A stretch of DNA of 64,000 nt, from positions 1-64,000 of IMG/VR virus record IMGVR_UViG_3300034691_000049; one strand, 5' to 3'. Positions 26,735 to 37,263 of the stretch are shown one piece after another. A program made the translations under genes and the position numbers. Position 1 is the stretch's first letter. Every line of letters starts with the position of its first letter. Below the pieces are notes generated by a model. That model worked only from the letters and a program-made list of their open reading frames with translations. It was not told where the DNA came from and did no database searches. This stretch comes from a virus.

Positions 26735-29700
26735 ATGGCAAACGGCGACGAGAACAACGGTTTCGACCAACTGTTCCCTGCCGGCCTGCCTGCCGCAAAA
26801 ACAGGGGGCTTCCGCCCCCTTTTTGATTTGTCTGCAAAGGCTGATCAAGTTGCGGCAGCTTCTGTTGAAAAGAAGCAAGCTCTCGTCAATAAGCTGGGTT
26901 ACGACGTTGAAGATACCGTGGGCGCTGCGATTAACTTCGGTGCGTCCTTTGTGTCGGGGGCTAGCCGTTTGGCTGGCAACCTCACAACCCTGCCTATTGA
27001 TGCGATCTCTGGTTTGGCCCAAGGCTCTGTTCCTGAAGAACAGGTTCAAGCATACAACCGACTGCAAACTGGCCAAGCGTCTGACGCTGACCGGGCATTG
27101 CTCGATCAAACTGCACCGCTCGACGATGGCGTACCTCAAACTTACCTGCAACGCCTGCAAGGCACGCAAGGTCTGCAAGAAGTAGCGCAGAACGTCGATG
27201 ATTTCTTCAATATTGACAGCATCGTCGATCAAACCAACCGTGAGCGTCTGAGCCGGGATCTCAAAGAGAACACCGGTGATGGCGTCAACCGTCTGCGTTA
27301 TGCGGCGGAAGCGTTCAAGATTGGTCACTATAAAGACGCGCTGACTGAAGGCTTCGGTGGTCTCGATTCGACCTTGAGCGAGGCGTTGAAAACTGCGGCA
27401 AGCAGTCCAGTTGCTACCGCCGAATACGTGGTAGAGAACATTCCACAACTGCTGGCTGCGGCCTACAGCGCCCCCGTGATGGCTGCATCGAACGCCGGTT
27501 ACGGTTATGACGCCTACCGTGAAGGTGTGCGTCAATACTTCGACCAGAACAACGGCCAACTGCCGAACGCCAATGAGCGTGCGAAGATGGGCCTGTTTGC
27601 TGCATCCGCGGCCCTGGCTGAACAAGTTGGTGACGCCTCCATGCTGCGCGGCTTCCGTGCGGCGGGTACTGGCACTAGCTCCAAGGCCATGGCTGCGGCT
27701 GCGGGAATTGTTGGTGCAATGACACGCGAAGGCGTGACTGAGGGCTATCAAACCTACGCCGAATCCAAAGCCAAACTGGAAGACGCATCTTTGGAAGAAA
27801 TCGTCGAAGGCGCTACCATTGGTGCGCTTGTTGGCGGTAACTTCCACGGTGCTGTAGAACTGGGCCACCTTGGCGGTCCTAAACAAGATCCGGCCGCTCG
27901 TGCCGCATCTACTGAAGCATTTACCAATGCTGTTGAATCTGGTGACGTTTCGTCGCTGGCTGATGCAACCTCGCCGACTTACAACCCGGTTCGTGCTGTT
28001 GAAGCACTGCACCAGTTGAACTTGACGCCGGGTGCTGATGTTGACGCAAACCTTGCTAAAGCTGACGAAATTCAGCAAAACGTGACGGCTGATGTGTCGT
28101 CGATTCAGGCTCGCCTGGACAACACCTCCCCGGAGGCTGTTGCCCGTATTGGTGCCATTGTTGATCAGCTTGAGGCCGCTGGTGCAGACCAAGCCCAAAT
28201 CGCTGAAATGCGTGACATTCATGAGGCTGTATCGAGTTACACCCCAGCACAACGCAAAGCTGACCAAGCCCGCCTTACCGAACTGGAAAGCCAGTTGGGT
28301 CAGATTTATTCGGCATCCGAGCGCTTGCGCGTAGATTCCAGCCCTGAGCAGGCTGAAGTCGAGGCCATCGCTACCCAAGCACAGACAGGCGATACCCAGG
28401 CGGCTGACCGTCTGCTAACCCTGACCATGATCAACCCTGATTCCGTGGACACCCAGATTGCCGAGTCTCTTGCACAGAGCGAAGCACTGTCTGAGCCGCA
28501 ACGTACTGCCATGCGCCTTTTCAGCGAGGCTCAGGTGGCAACCAACGCCCTGAAAGGCCTTACTGGCGTACGTTCGGACATTGCCACTGGTGGCGACGGT
28601 TTCAAAGGTATCTCGCAATATCGCAATGCAATCCGCATGGCCCTGGCCAATGGCAACGAAGACGCAGCCCGCTCGCAAGTCGATGGCATCCGCGCATTCG
28701 CTGACAGTCGTGTGTCGAAACTGAACGCTATCACCACTGCCTTCAAGCAAGTGAAGGGCACTGATAATTCGATCAACATCGTGCGTAATGAGCAAGGCGA
28801 ATGGGGTCCAACTGACCTGAAGGGCTCTGCCCTGAAGAAAGCTGGTGGTCTGGTAGTTGACGCACGTTCTTTCAAGCTACGCGACGGTGTAGCTGCGGAA
28901 GCTGACGCTTTGACGAAAACTGCTGCTGCAATGGAAGCTCTGGTAAATGCTGCTCCATCTCCTGTTTCGGCGCCGGTTGTGCAACCGACTGCCGCAGTAC
29001 AGGGTGAAGTTACCCCGGCAACTCCTGAAGTTGCAGCCACGCCGACTGTTGACCCTGCACCGGTAGCTCCGGTAGCAGACAAGGCACCTACGTCCGCTGT
29101 AACTGAAGAAGCTGCGGTCACACCAGAAGAAGCCCCGAAAGCGGCCGAGTCGGCACCTGCAAATGTAGGGCAGCTCACTGTAATCGGCGAGCGAACTGGT
29201 GCGGCGGTAACTGCCGACAACTACCGTTCTGTCAATCTGGTTTCGGAGCTGTTTGAACAACAGGCCGGCAACGAGACTGATGCAAGCGTTCGCCCGCTGG
29301 TAGCTGTCAAAGACTTCGCTTCTGCGATCCGTGCAGGCGAAGTGCAGGCCAAGGACTTTATCGACCAGAAAGGTGACCTGACTGGCCCGCAAACCCAAGC
29401 CCTCAACGCTTTCTTTAACTTCGCGCAATTCTCTGCGCAAGCGATCCGCAACCAATTTAAGGTGACGGAATCTCGCGCTAAACGCCCGGACTTCTTCTAC
29501 CGGGACATGGCGCAGTTCCTCCAGAACGCGGATGGGCAAATTGATGAGAACGTGGCGACTGCCGTCTCTTTTGGCATGTTCTCTTGGGCTAACGAAAACG
29601 CAACTCAACTGCGTAACTCCGACGAGGCAATCAACGCTATTCTGTTGAACGAACTCGATTCTGAGATCTCGTCTGCTGCATACAAAGAACTGTCGCTGAT

Positions 29701-32700
29701 CGGTACGCGTGAATCCGTGGTTGCCTCGCAACTCGGTGGCCGTATCGTTCAAGCGATGGGTCTGCGTGTCACTCAGCAAGGCACTGCCGCTGAACTGAGC
29801 AAGCTGGAAGCTTCTATCGGTACGCGAGCAATCGCTGCCATGGAGAAGCTGGGCATCGTTGAGCGCGTACAGCTCTCGGACGTGAAACTCCAAGCGCTGA
29901 TGGACTCCAATGAAAAAGGCGATCCACGCGTCAAGCACACCTTCGTCCGGGTTAAATCGGAAGAGGTGAACGGTAAGCGTGAAGCCAGCCCAATCACCAA
30001 GCGTATCCGCGAGCGCAACGTCGGCTCACAGTCCGTGGTGAACAAGCTGATGTCGGTGCAAGCTGCTGGCATTGAGCCGAGCTACACCCCGATCAAATTC
30101 GACCAGGCATTCGCCAAACGCACCGGACAAGAAGTGCCTAAAGGCCTGGCCACGATCCTGAATAAAGAAGGCGCCAAACCCCACGTCGTTCGTCAGAACA
30201 TGTGGCACGTCTGGGGCAAGTTGAGCAAGCAGGCGTTGTACGAGATGGGCGGCGTGGTCTCCACGACTGACAACCCTACTCACGTTGAGAACCTGGATTC
30301 CCGCCGTGCAAAGAATGACGGTCTGATTCAGCAAGTCGATAACCTCGACACCTTCATCAACGCAATGTCGGCCGATCCAAGCACCAACGGCCTGGAACAG
30401 GAAATGTTCTTCGGGCGCTCGGTCTGGAAGCCTCAACGTGTTGGTTTGACCGCAAACGTGGTGAACCCGCAGACTTCGAAGATCCACCGTCACATGCTGG
30501 CCATGAAAAGCTGGAATGCGTCCATTGACTTAGCTGATGCTGCGTCGATGAACAACTTCAAGCTGCGTGTGCTGGAAGCGTTCGGCAAGAAGACCGAAGC
30601 GACCAATACCCCTGTTGTTCTGGCTGGCTACGATGCTGTTGTGTCGAACCCGGCAATTCAAGCAGGTGTTGACGCTTTGGTTGATGTGCTGCGCGATACT
30701 GGTGAAACCAATGAAAATGCAATCGTTGCTGCGGTAAAAGCTGGCGGCGAGAACTTCCATTCGTTCGACGCATTGGTAGCCCTGGCTGAGCAGCGCATTG
30801 CTGAACAAGACGGTAAGCCTGCGTTCGAAACCAGCATGATGGGTGAAGTCGATGGTGTGACCAACGGTCCTATGCTGTCCCTGCTGATGCTGGGCGCAAA
30901 AGGCTTTGAAACCATGAACCAAGGTGGGTTCTTCCAACTGGATAGCCCGTTCACTCAGTTCAATGACTTCCACGGAGTTGATGGCAACCTCGACCTCTAT
31001 GAGTCGAACATTGCTGGCGCTTTGAACCGTCTGCAAGGCCGTAACGTCAACATGCTGCAAGCAATGCAGACCATCACCGGTCAACTGCAAACTGCCGAAG
31101 GCAACGTGACCTCTAAAGGCCGTAACATCATCAAGAAGCCGCTGACTGCGTTGATGTTCGGGTCCAACCCGAAAACTGCGGTAGAAGGCATGGCTGACGG
31201 CTTCGTTGAAGCGATCTACAGCCGTATCGAAGATGCTGCTGCAAAGCGTGATGATGCTGCCATTACTGAGCTGTTCACCGCGGTCAATACCTTGCTTCGT
31301 TCGCCAAAGGCTGCACTGGATGCGAAGATGGGTTATGCCCGGGCACTTGAGACCAAACTGAATGATCAGCAAAAAGCGGCCCTGAAGAAGTCGTTCTATG
31401 AGCTGCTGGGCAAGCCGACTGAAGATGCACTGGCTGACAACTACGCGACCTTCATTGCTCGCCGTAACGTGATCAACCAGACCGCACAACTCTCGTTTGA
31501 CCTGTTCAACGCAGTGCGTGACGGTGTAACCGAGTTCGTTGAGCAGTCGAGCCCTGAAGTTGCACGTAACAATAGTGGTGAGGCGATTCGCACCTTGACC
31601 AAAGAGCAACTGGCACAAGTCCAGGAGCTGATGGGCGATATGGCGCCAATCCTGCAAACTGCTATGTCTCAGGCGGCAAAGCAACGCGAAGCTGGCATGT
31701 ACATGGCGAAGTCGCAGCGTAAGCTGGATTCCTCGCTGCCGTACGAGCAAGAAGTCGCATTCGGTGAATTGGTTAACACCATCGCACCGGACGGCCAAAT
31801 GCAGGGCATCGGTTCGTCTCGTGTCTCGTCTTCGCGTACCGAAGACATTGACCCGGGCGTAATGCCGTTCATTACCTCGATTCACTCCAGCGACTCCAAC
31901 ATATCGCACACTGCTATTGGTGATAATGATGTGTTGAACGTGCACGATGCTCACGGCGTTGGTTTGAATGACATCGCCACAGCGGGCCAGCGGCTGAACA
32001 AAGCCACCTTTGATACCCTGCTGAACTACTCCTCGCCGACGGCTATGGCCAACATGCTGGATGAAGTGCTGGCCGGTGTGTCCAAAGTGATGCAGAACCC
32101 GGAACTGGCAGCACTGATTCAGCCAAAGCTGCGCGAGAAGATGATTCAGCGCACTGAGAAGAAGCGCGGCGGCATTGCTGAGCAACTGACCGCTATCCGT
32201 GAAACTGCCAAGCAGGCAGACACTGACAAGCTGAAAATGATGGCCGAGTTGAAGGCTATTGGTCAGTACGCCACAGAAGGTGGTTCGTACCTGGTGAATG
32301 ACGCAGACCGTGAAGCTGCATCCAAGAAATTGGGTGAAGTGGGAAGTTCGTTCAACGAAGCTGCTGAATCGGTTGCTGAAATGCTGGACGTTGCCGCTGC
32401 TGTCGATCCTGCTGTGTATCAGCCAGGTCAAACAGCCGTGCTGTCCAACACCTCGGTTACCACACTGGCGCCGGCCACTTCCCTCAATACTCTGGCTTCG
32501 CTTGAGCAAACTGAGGCGGTGGCCAAGGTCATTGATTCCATGGTTTCGGGTAACCGGACTTTGGCTGATGCTGTGCAGGTTCTGCCTGAGCATCAAGCTG
32601 CCGAAGTGATCAACGCTGTCAATGGTGCATCTGAAGCGAAACTGTCGGTATGGGGCCAACTGGGCTCGCCGGTAGTGCAATCTGACGTGAATCTGGTGGA

Positions 32701-35700
32701 ACTGCTGGAAGGTAACAACCTGACCGCACACAACCTGATCGACTCGATGGTTGCCTACGTACAAGACCCGTTCCAACGCACTGTGTTGCAGATGGCCAAG
32801 AAAGGTATCCCGGCCAACCTGCCAGTGAACTATGTCACCTCCGAGACCGGCCCTGAAGGCGCGTTCGGTGAAGGCGTGGATAAATCCCGTGGTTGGTATG
32901 CACAGCGTAACAACACCGAAGCTTTGTTCGTGAAGTCGCCTGAATTCGTTGAATCGGGTATCACCCCGGAAATGCTGACCCACGAACTGGTTCATGCTGC
33001 CCTGGCGAACCTCGTTGATGCCCATGAAGGTAAGAACACTGCCGTCGGCCGTGCTGTTGCTGATCTGGAGGCCATCCGCACCAAAGCTGCCGAGTTCATC
33101 GACAACAACGGCGCACTGTCGGCCCAGTTCCGCAATGCCACTGCAAACGTGCATGAACTGCTGGCATGGGGCCTGACCAACAAGGCATTCCAACGTGACG
33201 TGCTGTCGCAGATTCAAGTTGAGCAGAAAAACGCCGGCTTGCTGTCTGGCCTGCGCAAGTTCATCAACAGCTTGACCACCATGCTGTTCGGCACCAATAA
33301 AGTGTCGGAAAACAATGGTATGGCCAACCTAGTGGCGAATGCTGCTGGCCTGTTCCAGGAAGCGGCCGCTGTACGCGACTCCCGCTCGGCAAGCACCCAC
33401 AAGTACGAAGATGCTGTGGATCACATCAATGCCATGACTGCTGAGCAAGTGTTTGATGCACTGGCTTCGGTGTCGGGCACCCAAACTGACCCACGCCACA
33501 CTGAGTACCTGAAGAACCTGCTGAACGAGACAGTTGACCCGATCTACGGCCCTTACGGTGCATTCAAAGAACAAGCAGCGGCTAACCGTGCATTCACCCC
33601 AATGGATGTATTCCTGAAGGCTGTACAGACCGGCAAACTGCCATTCAGCTCGGAAGCGACCACCAATGCATTCATCCTGTCGCAACAGGAAGCGTTTGTA
33701 CTGGAATCGGTTCAAGCTACTGTGGCTTTCGCCATGGACCAAAAGGAAACCTTGTTTGCACGCCAAGGGCTGGAAAACCTGTTCAAGGAAGCGCGAGCTA
33801 CCCTGAAACCGGCCAACTTCCACAAAGGTGTCTGGGCTACCGCAAGCCAGAATGAAAAGGATATCGCCCAAGCGAAGTTCGACTTCATCTTCCGTCCACA
33901 GGCTGCAATCACCAGCAAAAACGCATACCTGTCGCGCTTTGCTGCACTGGGCCTGGCATCGGCTGAAGTCCGCAACGTAATGGCGTTCTCGACTGCGAAC
34001 TTGGACGTTCCGTTGAAAAGCCTGCCATGGGCAAGCCGCCTGACTGAAATCTTCCGTCGGATCATGACTCGCCTGTCTTCGCTGGCGACTAAGACCACCC
34101 CGGGCCAAGCTGGCAACCAAGCGCTGAGCGCCCTGGTAGAGCAGATGGTGGACATCGAAGCCAAGCGTAAAGCTCGCTTCGGCCAAGACAAACTGGGATC
34201 CCTCGACCAAATCGAGACTGTCCTGTCGGCTGCCGGTGAAAAGGTTCGCGAGAAGGCGGATGCCTTCGGCCAATCGAAGTTCTTCCGTCAATCCCGTATC
34301 CCGGGTGTCCCATTCGTGGGTGCGGCGATCTCGACTGTTGCAGGCGACCGTCTGGATGCAGTACTGGACCGGATCACTGTGACCCGAGACCATTACTTCA
34401 AAACCCGTCAGGGCCTGATGATCGGTATCGTGAGCGAGTGGCGTGGTGTCTACGACTCCCGCCGTCTGGCTGCCGAACTGTTCAAAGGGGCCAAGGCCAT
34501 CGAGCAAGAACGCAAGGCTGTGATTGAAAACACTGCCAGCGCGGTCAACGGTGCCTTCGTAAACCAAGGCCAGGATCTGACCCAGGACCAGCGTGATGCG
34601 CTGACCAAAGTCTTCCTGCGTACCAACGCCCAAGCAATTGCTGCGGTGAAAGGTGTGTCGGGCCTGCGTGACCTGATGGAAGATCCGGCTCAGATGGCAG
34701 CGTACCGCGCCGATCTGGAAGCCCAGGTCAAAGCCATCACCGGCAACTCGCAGTACATGATCAGCCAGGCCAAAGACTTGGCTCACCACAAGGTAATTGG
34801 TGGCGCGACCTCGGCCAACCTGATGCTGTCCACCGGCAACATTGCGGCGATGTACGGCACCAAAAAGGCTGGGCAGGATGCTCATCTTGTTGCTGGTTTG
34901 ACGCCGTTGCTGGAGCAGTTGGTGGGTGTCTATGGCCTGCAATATTCGGGTGACGTGGATGTCAACAATGCCAAGCAGGTACTGCGCACCGAGATGAACC
35001 GTCAAGACGGTGGCAACGGTGTGGAATACATGCTGAAGCTGCACACAGGCCTCCAGGAGAAAGCCCGGAAGGATCTGTTCGCCGGTACTGAAGCACTACA
35101 ACAAACCGGTTACGTTGCCGAGATTCACGACAACAAGATCGAAGTGTTGCTGGTCTCTCAGGCAGACGTGGCAGCTCACCTGCGGGCCGGTTACGAGGTA
35201 GGCACCCGTCTGCAAATGGACCCTAACGTCAAGGCACTGCAAGGCGGTTCCCGTGTCCTGATGACCCGTCGAGGCTCTGGCCAGAACGCATTGCTGACTG
35301 GCGCCCTGTCGTTTACCGGGATGAACTCGAAAGGTTCCAGCCCGATCACCGAAGCGCTGAACATGATGCAAGGTACGCAGACCACGTCTGCCGCCGTGCG
35401 CCAGCAGATTGCGGCGGCCAAAGCCGGTGCGATTACCGACTTGTTCAACCGTGGCCCAAATTACGACCCACGGAATGCACAATCTGGGCACATGGCCCCC
35501 ACCCTGGCACCTGACGGCCGCATAGCTGACTACCGTCACCTGATGGTCGAACACAACCGCGATGTCCTACTGGACCGCGATAATTCGATGGATCAGGTGA
35601 TGGGAGTCATGGCCGGTCAGATTACTGACAAGGTGTCGTCTGCTTCGCAGAATGCTGATGTGGTTCGGTCGATGTACGACCAGTATCGTGCTGATTACAC

Positions 35701-36883
35701 CTCGCGGCCGGCTTCGTACCTGCGCGTGGCTGCTGATAGCAATGATGCAACCTTGGCTGAGGCATATCGCCTGCTGCCGGAGAGCACCAAGAAAGAAATC
35801 AAGAAAGTCTGGAAAGAAGAGGCGATGTACGTCCCTGCTGACCAAATCGACCTGATTTTTGGCTATCGGAAATTTAGCCTGACCAACGCATTCGCTGCGC
35901 TACCGACTGACCGTAACTTGTTCGAAAAGACCCTTGTTGGGATCACTTCGGCCATGTTCGGTGAGAAAGCTGCACTGCGGGTTGGTCAAGCTGAAGACAT
36001 CATCCAGGCGCTGGTCAAAGAGATGAAAGACATCCTCGTTGTGAAGAACGTGCTGACCTTGGCAGGCAACATCATGTCCAACATGACTTTGCTGGCTTGG
36101 GAAGGTGTTCCACTGCAAAAGGCTGTCGCTTCGCACGCAATCGCAATCAAAAGTGCTCTCGATTACCGTAAGGATTCGAAACGCTTGATGCAGTTGCAGC
36201 AATCGGTTGATATCGGTTATTACGCCGACGTTGCCGGTGCTGAAGCTGAAATGGTTGAGTTGCGGGATCGTTTGGCGCGTAACCCGATCAAACCGCTGAT
36301 TGATGCCGGCCTTATGCCGACAATCGTAGAAGACGTTGAAGTTGACGATGATCGTTACACCTACAAGGCTCAACTGGAGCGTAAGGTAGAACGGTTCACT
36401 TCTAAGGTGCCAGCATGGATGCGTACTGTCGGTCGTCAGGTCTACATGACTCACGATACCGCCACGTACAAATTCTTGAGCCAATCTACTCAATTGTCTG
36501 ACTTGGTTGCACGTTATGCGCTCTTTGAGCACGCAACTACTCGCAAGAAAGATCCTTTGAGCAAAGCTGACGCATTGCGTCTGGCTGAGGACAGTTTCGT
36601 AAACTACGACCTGCCTTCGCACCGTACCCTGCAATATCTGAACGATATGGGTATTGTGATGTTCACCAAGTATTACTTGCGAATCCAGAAGGTGATTATG
36701 CGCTTGGTGCGGGAACGCCCAGCACGCGGGCTGATCTTGGCCACACTGGAACATTTCATCTCTGGTTTGCAGTCTGTGATGGATTCTAGCTGGGTTGACA
36801 AGATCGGTAACAATCCACTGCAAGACAGCGCACTTGGTTACCTGGGTTCGTTGAAGGAGTTGCCTGCAATCAAACTTTTGTAA
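26735..36883 (+). CDS. virion-encapsidated RNA polymerase (N4 gp50-like)
   Basis: 3382 aa, no Cys seen on reading. Motif A EVDGVTNG, motif B RNIIKKPLTALMFG, motif C LNVHDA. Confidence 0.95.
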   Translation: MANGDENNGFDQLFPAGLPAAKTGGFRPLFDLSAKADQVAAASVEKKQALVNKLGYDVEDTVGAAINFGASFVSGASRLAGNLTTLPIDAISGLAQGSVPEEQVQAYNRLQTGQASDADRALLDQTAPLDDGVPQTYLQRLQGTQGLQEVAQNVDDFFNIDSIVDQTNRERLSRDLKENTGDGVNRLRYAAEAFKIGHYKDALTEGFGGLDSTLSEALKTAASSPVATAEYVVENIPQLLAAAYSAPVMAASNAGYGYDAYREGVRQYFDQNNGQLPNANERAKMGLFAASAALAEQVGDASMLRGFRAAGTGTSSKAMAAAAGIVGAMTREGVTEGYQTYAESKAKLEDASLEEIVEGATIGALVGGNFHGAVELGHLGGPKQDPAARAASTEAFTNAVESGDVSSLADATSPTYNPVRAVEALHQLNLTPGADVDANLAKADEIQQNVTADVSSIQARLDNTSPEAVARIGAIVDQLEAAGADQAQIAEMRDIHEAVSSYTPAQRKADQARLTELESQLGQIYSASERLRVDSSPEQAEVEAIATQAQTGDTQAADRLLTLTMINPDSVDTQIAESLAQSEALSEPQRTAMRLFSEAQVATNALKGLTGVRSDIATGGDGFKGISQYRNAIRMALANGNEDAARSQVDGIRAFADSRVSKLNAITTAFKQVKGTDNSINIVRNEQGEWGPTDLKGSALKKAGGLVVDARSFKLRDGVAAEADALTKTAAAMEALVNAAPSPVSAPVVQPTAAVQGEVTPATPEVAATPTVDPAPVAPVADKAPTSAVTEEAAVTPEEAPKAAESAPANVGQLTVIGERTGAAVTADNYRSVNLVSELFEQQAGNETDASVRPLVAVKDFASAIRAGEVQAKDFIDQKGDLTGPQTQALNAFFNFAQFSAQAIRNQFKVTESRAKRPDFFYRDMAQFLQNADGQIDENVATAVSFGMFSWANENATQLRNSDEAINAILLNELDSEISSAAYKELSLIGTRESVVASQLGGRIVQAMGLRVTQQGTAAELSKLEASIGTRAIAAMEKLGIVERVQLSDVKLQALMDSNEKGDPRVKHTFVRVKSEEVNGKREASPITKRIRERNVGSQSVVNKLMSVQAAGIEPSYTPIKFDQAFAKRTGQEVPKGLATILNKEGAKPHVVRQNMWHVWGKLSKQALYEMGGVVSTTDNPTHVENLDSRRAKNDGLIQQVDNLDTFINAMSADPSTNGLEQEMFFGRSVWKPQRVGLTANVVNPQTSKIHRHMLAMKSWNASIDLADAASMNNFKLRVLEAFGKKTEATNTPVVLAGYDAVVSNPAIQAGVDALVDVLRDTGETNENAIVAAVKAGGENFHSFDALVALAEQRIAEQDGKPAFETSMMGEVDGVTNGPMLSLLMLGAKGFETMNQGGFFQLDSPFTQFNDFHGVDGNLDLYESNIAGALNRLQGRNVNMLQAMQTITGQLQTAEGNVTSKGRNIIKKPLTALMFGSNPKTAVEGMADGFVEAIYSRIEDAAAKRDDAAITELFTAVNTLLRSPKAALDAKMGYARALETKLNDQQKAALKKSFYELLGKPTEDALADNYATFIARRNVINQTAQLSFDLFNAVRDGVTEFVEQSSPEVARNNSGEAIRTLTKEQLAQVQELMGDMAPILQTAMSQAAKQREAGMYMAKSQRKLDSSLPYEQEVAFGELVNTIAPDGQMQGIGSSRVSSSRTEDIDPGVMPFITSIHSSDSNISHTAIGDNDVLNVHDAHGVGLNDIATAGQRLNKATFDTLLNYSSPTAMANMLDEVLAGVSKVMQNPELAALIQPKLREKMIQRTEKKRGGIAEQLTAIRETAKQADTDKLKMMAELKAIGQYATEGGSYLVNDADREAASKKLGEVGSSFNEAAESVAEMLDVAAAVDPAVYQPGQTAVLSNTSVTTLAPATSLNTLASLEQTEAVAKVIDSMVSGNRTLADAVQVLPEHQAAEVINAVNGASEAKLSVWGQLGSPVVQSDVNLVELLEGNNLTAHNLIDSMVAYVQDPFQRTVLQMAKKGIPANLPVNYVTSETGPEGAFGEGVDKSRGWYAQRNNTEALFVKSPEFVESGITPEMLTHELVHAALANLVDAHEGKNTAVGRAVADLEAIRTKAAEFIDNNGALSAQFRNATANVHELLAWGLTNKAFQRDVLSQIQVEQKNAGLLSGLRKFINSLTTMLFGTNKVSENNGMANLVANAAGLFQEAAAVRDSRSASTHKYEDAVDHINAMTAEQVFDALASVSGTQTDPRHTEYLKNLLNETVDPIYGPYGAFKEQAAANRAFTPMDVFLKAVQTGKLPFSSEATTNAFILSQQEAFVLESVQATVAFAMDQKETLFARQGLENLFKEARATLKPANFHKGVWATASQNEKDIAQAKFDFIFRPQAAITSKNAYLSRFAALGLASAEVRNVMAFSTANLDVPLKSLPWASRLTEIFRRIMTRLSSLATKTTPGQAGNQALSALVEQMVDIEAKRKARFGQDKLGSLDQIETVLSAAGEKVREKADAFGQSKFFRQSRIPGVPFVGAAISTVAGDRLDAVLDRITVTRDHYFKTRQGLMIGIVSEWRGVYDSRRLAAELFKGAKAIEQERKAVIENTASAVNGAFVNQGQDLTQDQRDALTKVFLRTNAQAIAAVKGVSGLRDLMEDPAQMAAYRADLEAQVKAITGNSQYMISQAKDLAHHKVIGGATSANLMLSTGNIAAMYGTKKAGQDAHLVAGLTPLLEQLVGVYGLQYSGDVDVNNAKQVLRTEMNRQDGGNGVEYMLKLHTGLQEKARKDLFAGTEALQQTGYVAEIHDNKIEVLLVSQADVAAHLRAGYEVGTRLQMDPNVKALQGGSRVLMTRRGSGQNALLTGALSFTGMNSKGSSPITEALNMMQGTQTTSAAVRQQIAAAKAGAITDLFNRGPNYDPRNAQSGHMAPTLAPDGRIADYRHLMVEHNRDVLLDRDNSMDQVMGVMAGQITDKVSSASQNADVVRSMYDQYRADYTSRPASYLRVAADSNDATLAEAYRLLPESTKKEIKKVWKEEAMYVPADQIDLIFGYRKFSLTNAFAALPTDRNLFEKTLVGITSAMFGEKAALRVGQAEDIIQALVKEMKDILVVKNVLTLAGNIMSNMTLLAWEGVPLQKAVASHAIAIKSALDYRKDSKRLMQLQQSVDIGYYADVAGAEAEMVELRDRLARNPIKPLIDAGLMPTIVEDVEVDDDRYTYKAQLERKVERFTSKVPAWMRTVGRQVYMTHDTATYKFLSQSTQLSDLVARYALFEHATTRKKDPLSKADALRLAEDSFVNYDLPSHRTLQYLNDMGIVMFTKYYLRIQKVIMRLVRERPARGLILATLEHFISGLQSVMDSSWVDKIGNNPLQDSALGYLGSLKELPAIKLL

Positions 36884-36888
36884 ATAGA

Positions 36889-36962
36889 TGGAACGCGGGG
36901 GGAGACGAACCCCCGTTCTCTCGCTTGTTAGCAAGGTGTCCTACCATTAGACGACGCATCCC
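36889..36962 (-). tRNA. atypical tRNA-like gene (anticodon undetermined)
   Basis: Acceptor GGATGCG/CGCGTTC, D arm GTCT-AATGGTA-GGAC and T arm GGGGG-TTCGTCT-CCCCC. The anticodon arm does not give a 7-nt loop. Confidence 0.6.
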
Positions 36963-36970
36963 ATAACTGA

Positions 36971-37041
36971 TGGAGGTGGCAGGAATCGAACCTGCGTCAA
37001 ACGCTTAGAAGGCGCCTGCTCTACCATTGAGCTACACCCCC
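36971..37041 (-). tRNA. tRNA-Arg(UCU)
   Basis: GGGGGTGTAGCTCAATGGTAGAGCAGGCGC-CTTCTAA-GCGTTTGACGCAGGTTCGATTCCTGCCACCTCCA; canonical cloverleaf. Confidence 0.9.
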
Positions 37042-37042
37042 A

Positions 37043-37072
37043 CAAAAAACCCCCTACTTTGGGGGTTTTTTA
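37043..37072. terminator. bidirectional terminator-like hairpin
   Basis: AAAAACCCCC-TACTTT-GGGGGTTTTTT. Confidence 0.75.
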
Positions 37073-37263
37073 TTGCATGACTGCCAGAACTCTTTGATTC
37101 CGGCCCAAACCAGCACACCAATGAAGAAGATCACGCATAAGACGGCTAACAAGAAGCCAATGATCTTAATTGCGTAACCAAACACAATGAATGACGTGAT
37201 TAGGGCAAGCAGCGCGCCAATGCTGAAGCAAATCTTCAACAGGCGCAGACCTGCCCGGATCAA
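37054..37263 (-). CDS. small two-TM membrane protein
   Basis: 69 aa, two hydrophobic helices, basic tail. Confidence 0.65.
   Translation of the reverse strand: MIRAGLRLLKICFSIGALLALITSFIVFGYAIKIIGFLLAVLCVIFFIGVLVWAGIKEFWQSCNKKPPK

Noticed and set aside
28940-29170. Ala/Pro/Thr/Val-rich segment in vRNAP as a possible insertion or intein
   Set aside because: Low-complexity interdomain linker with no intein terminal motifs.
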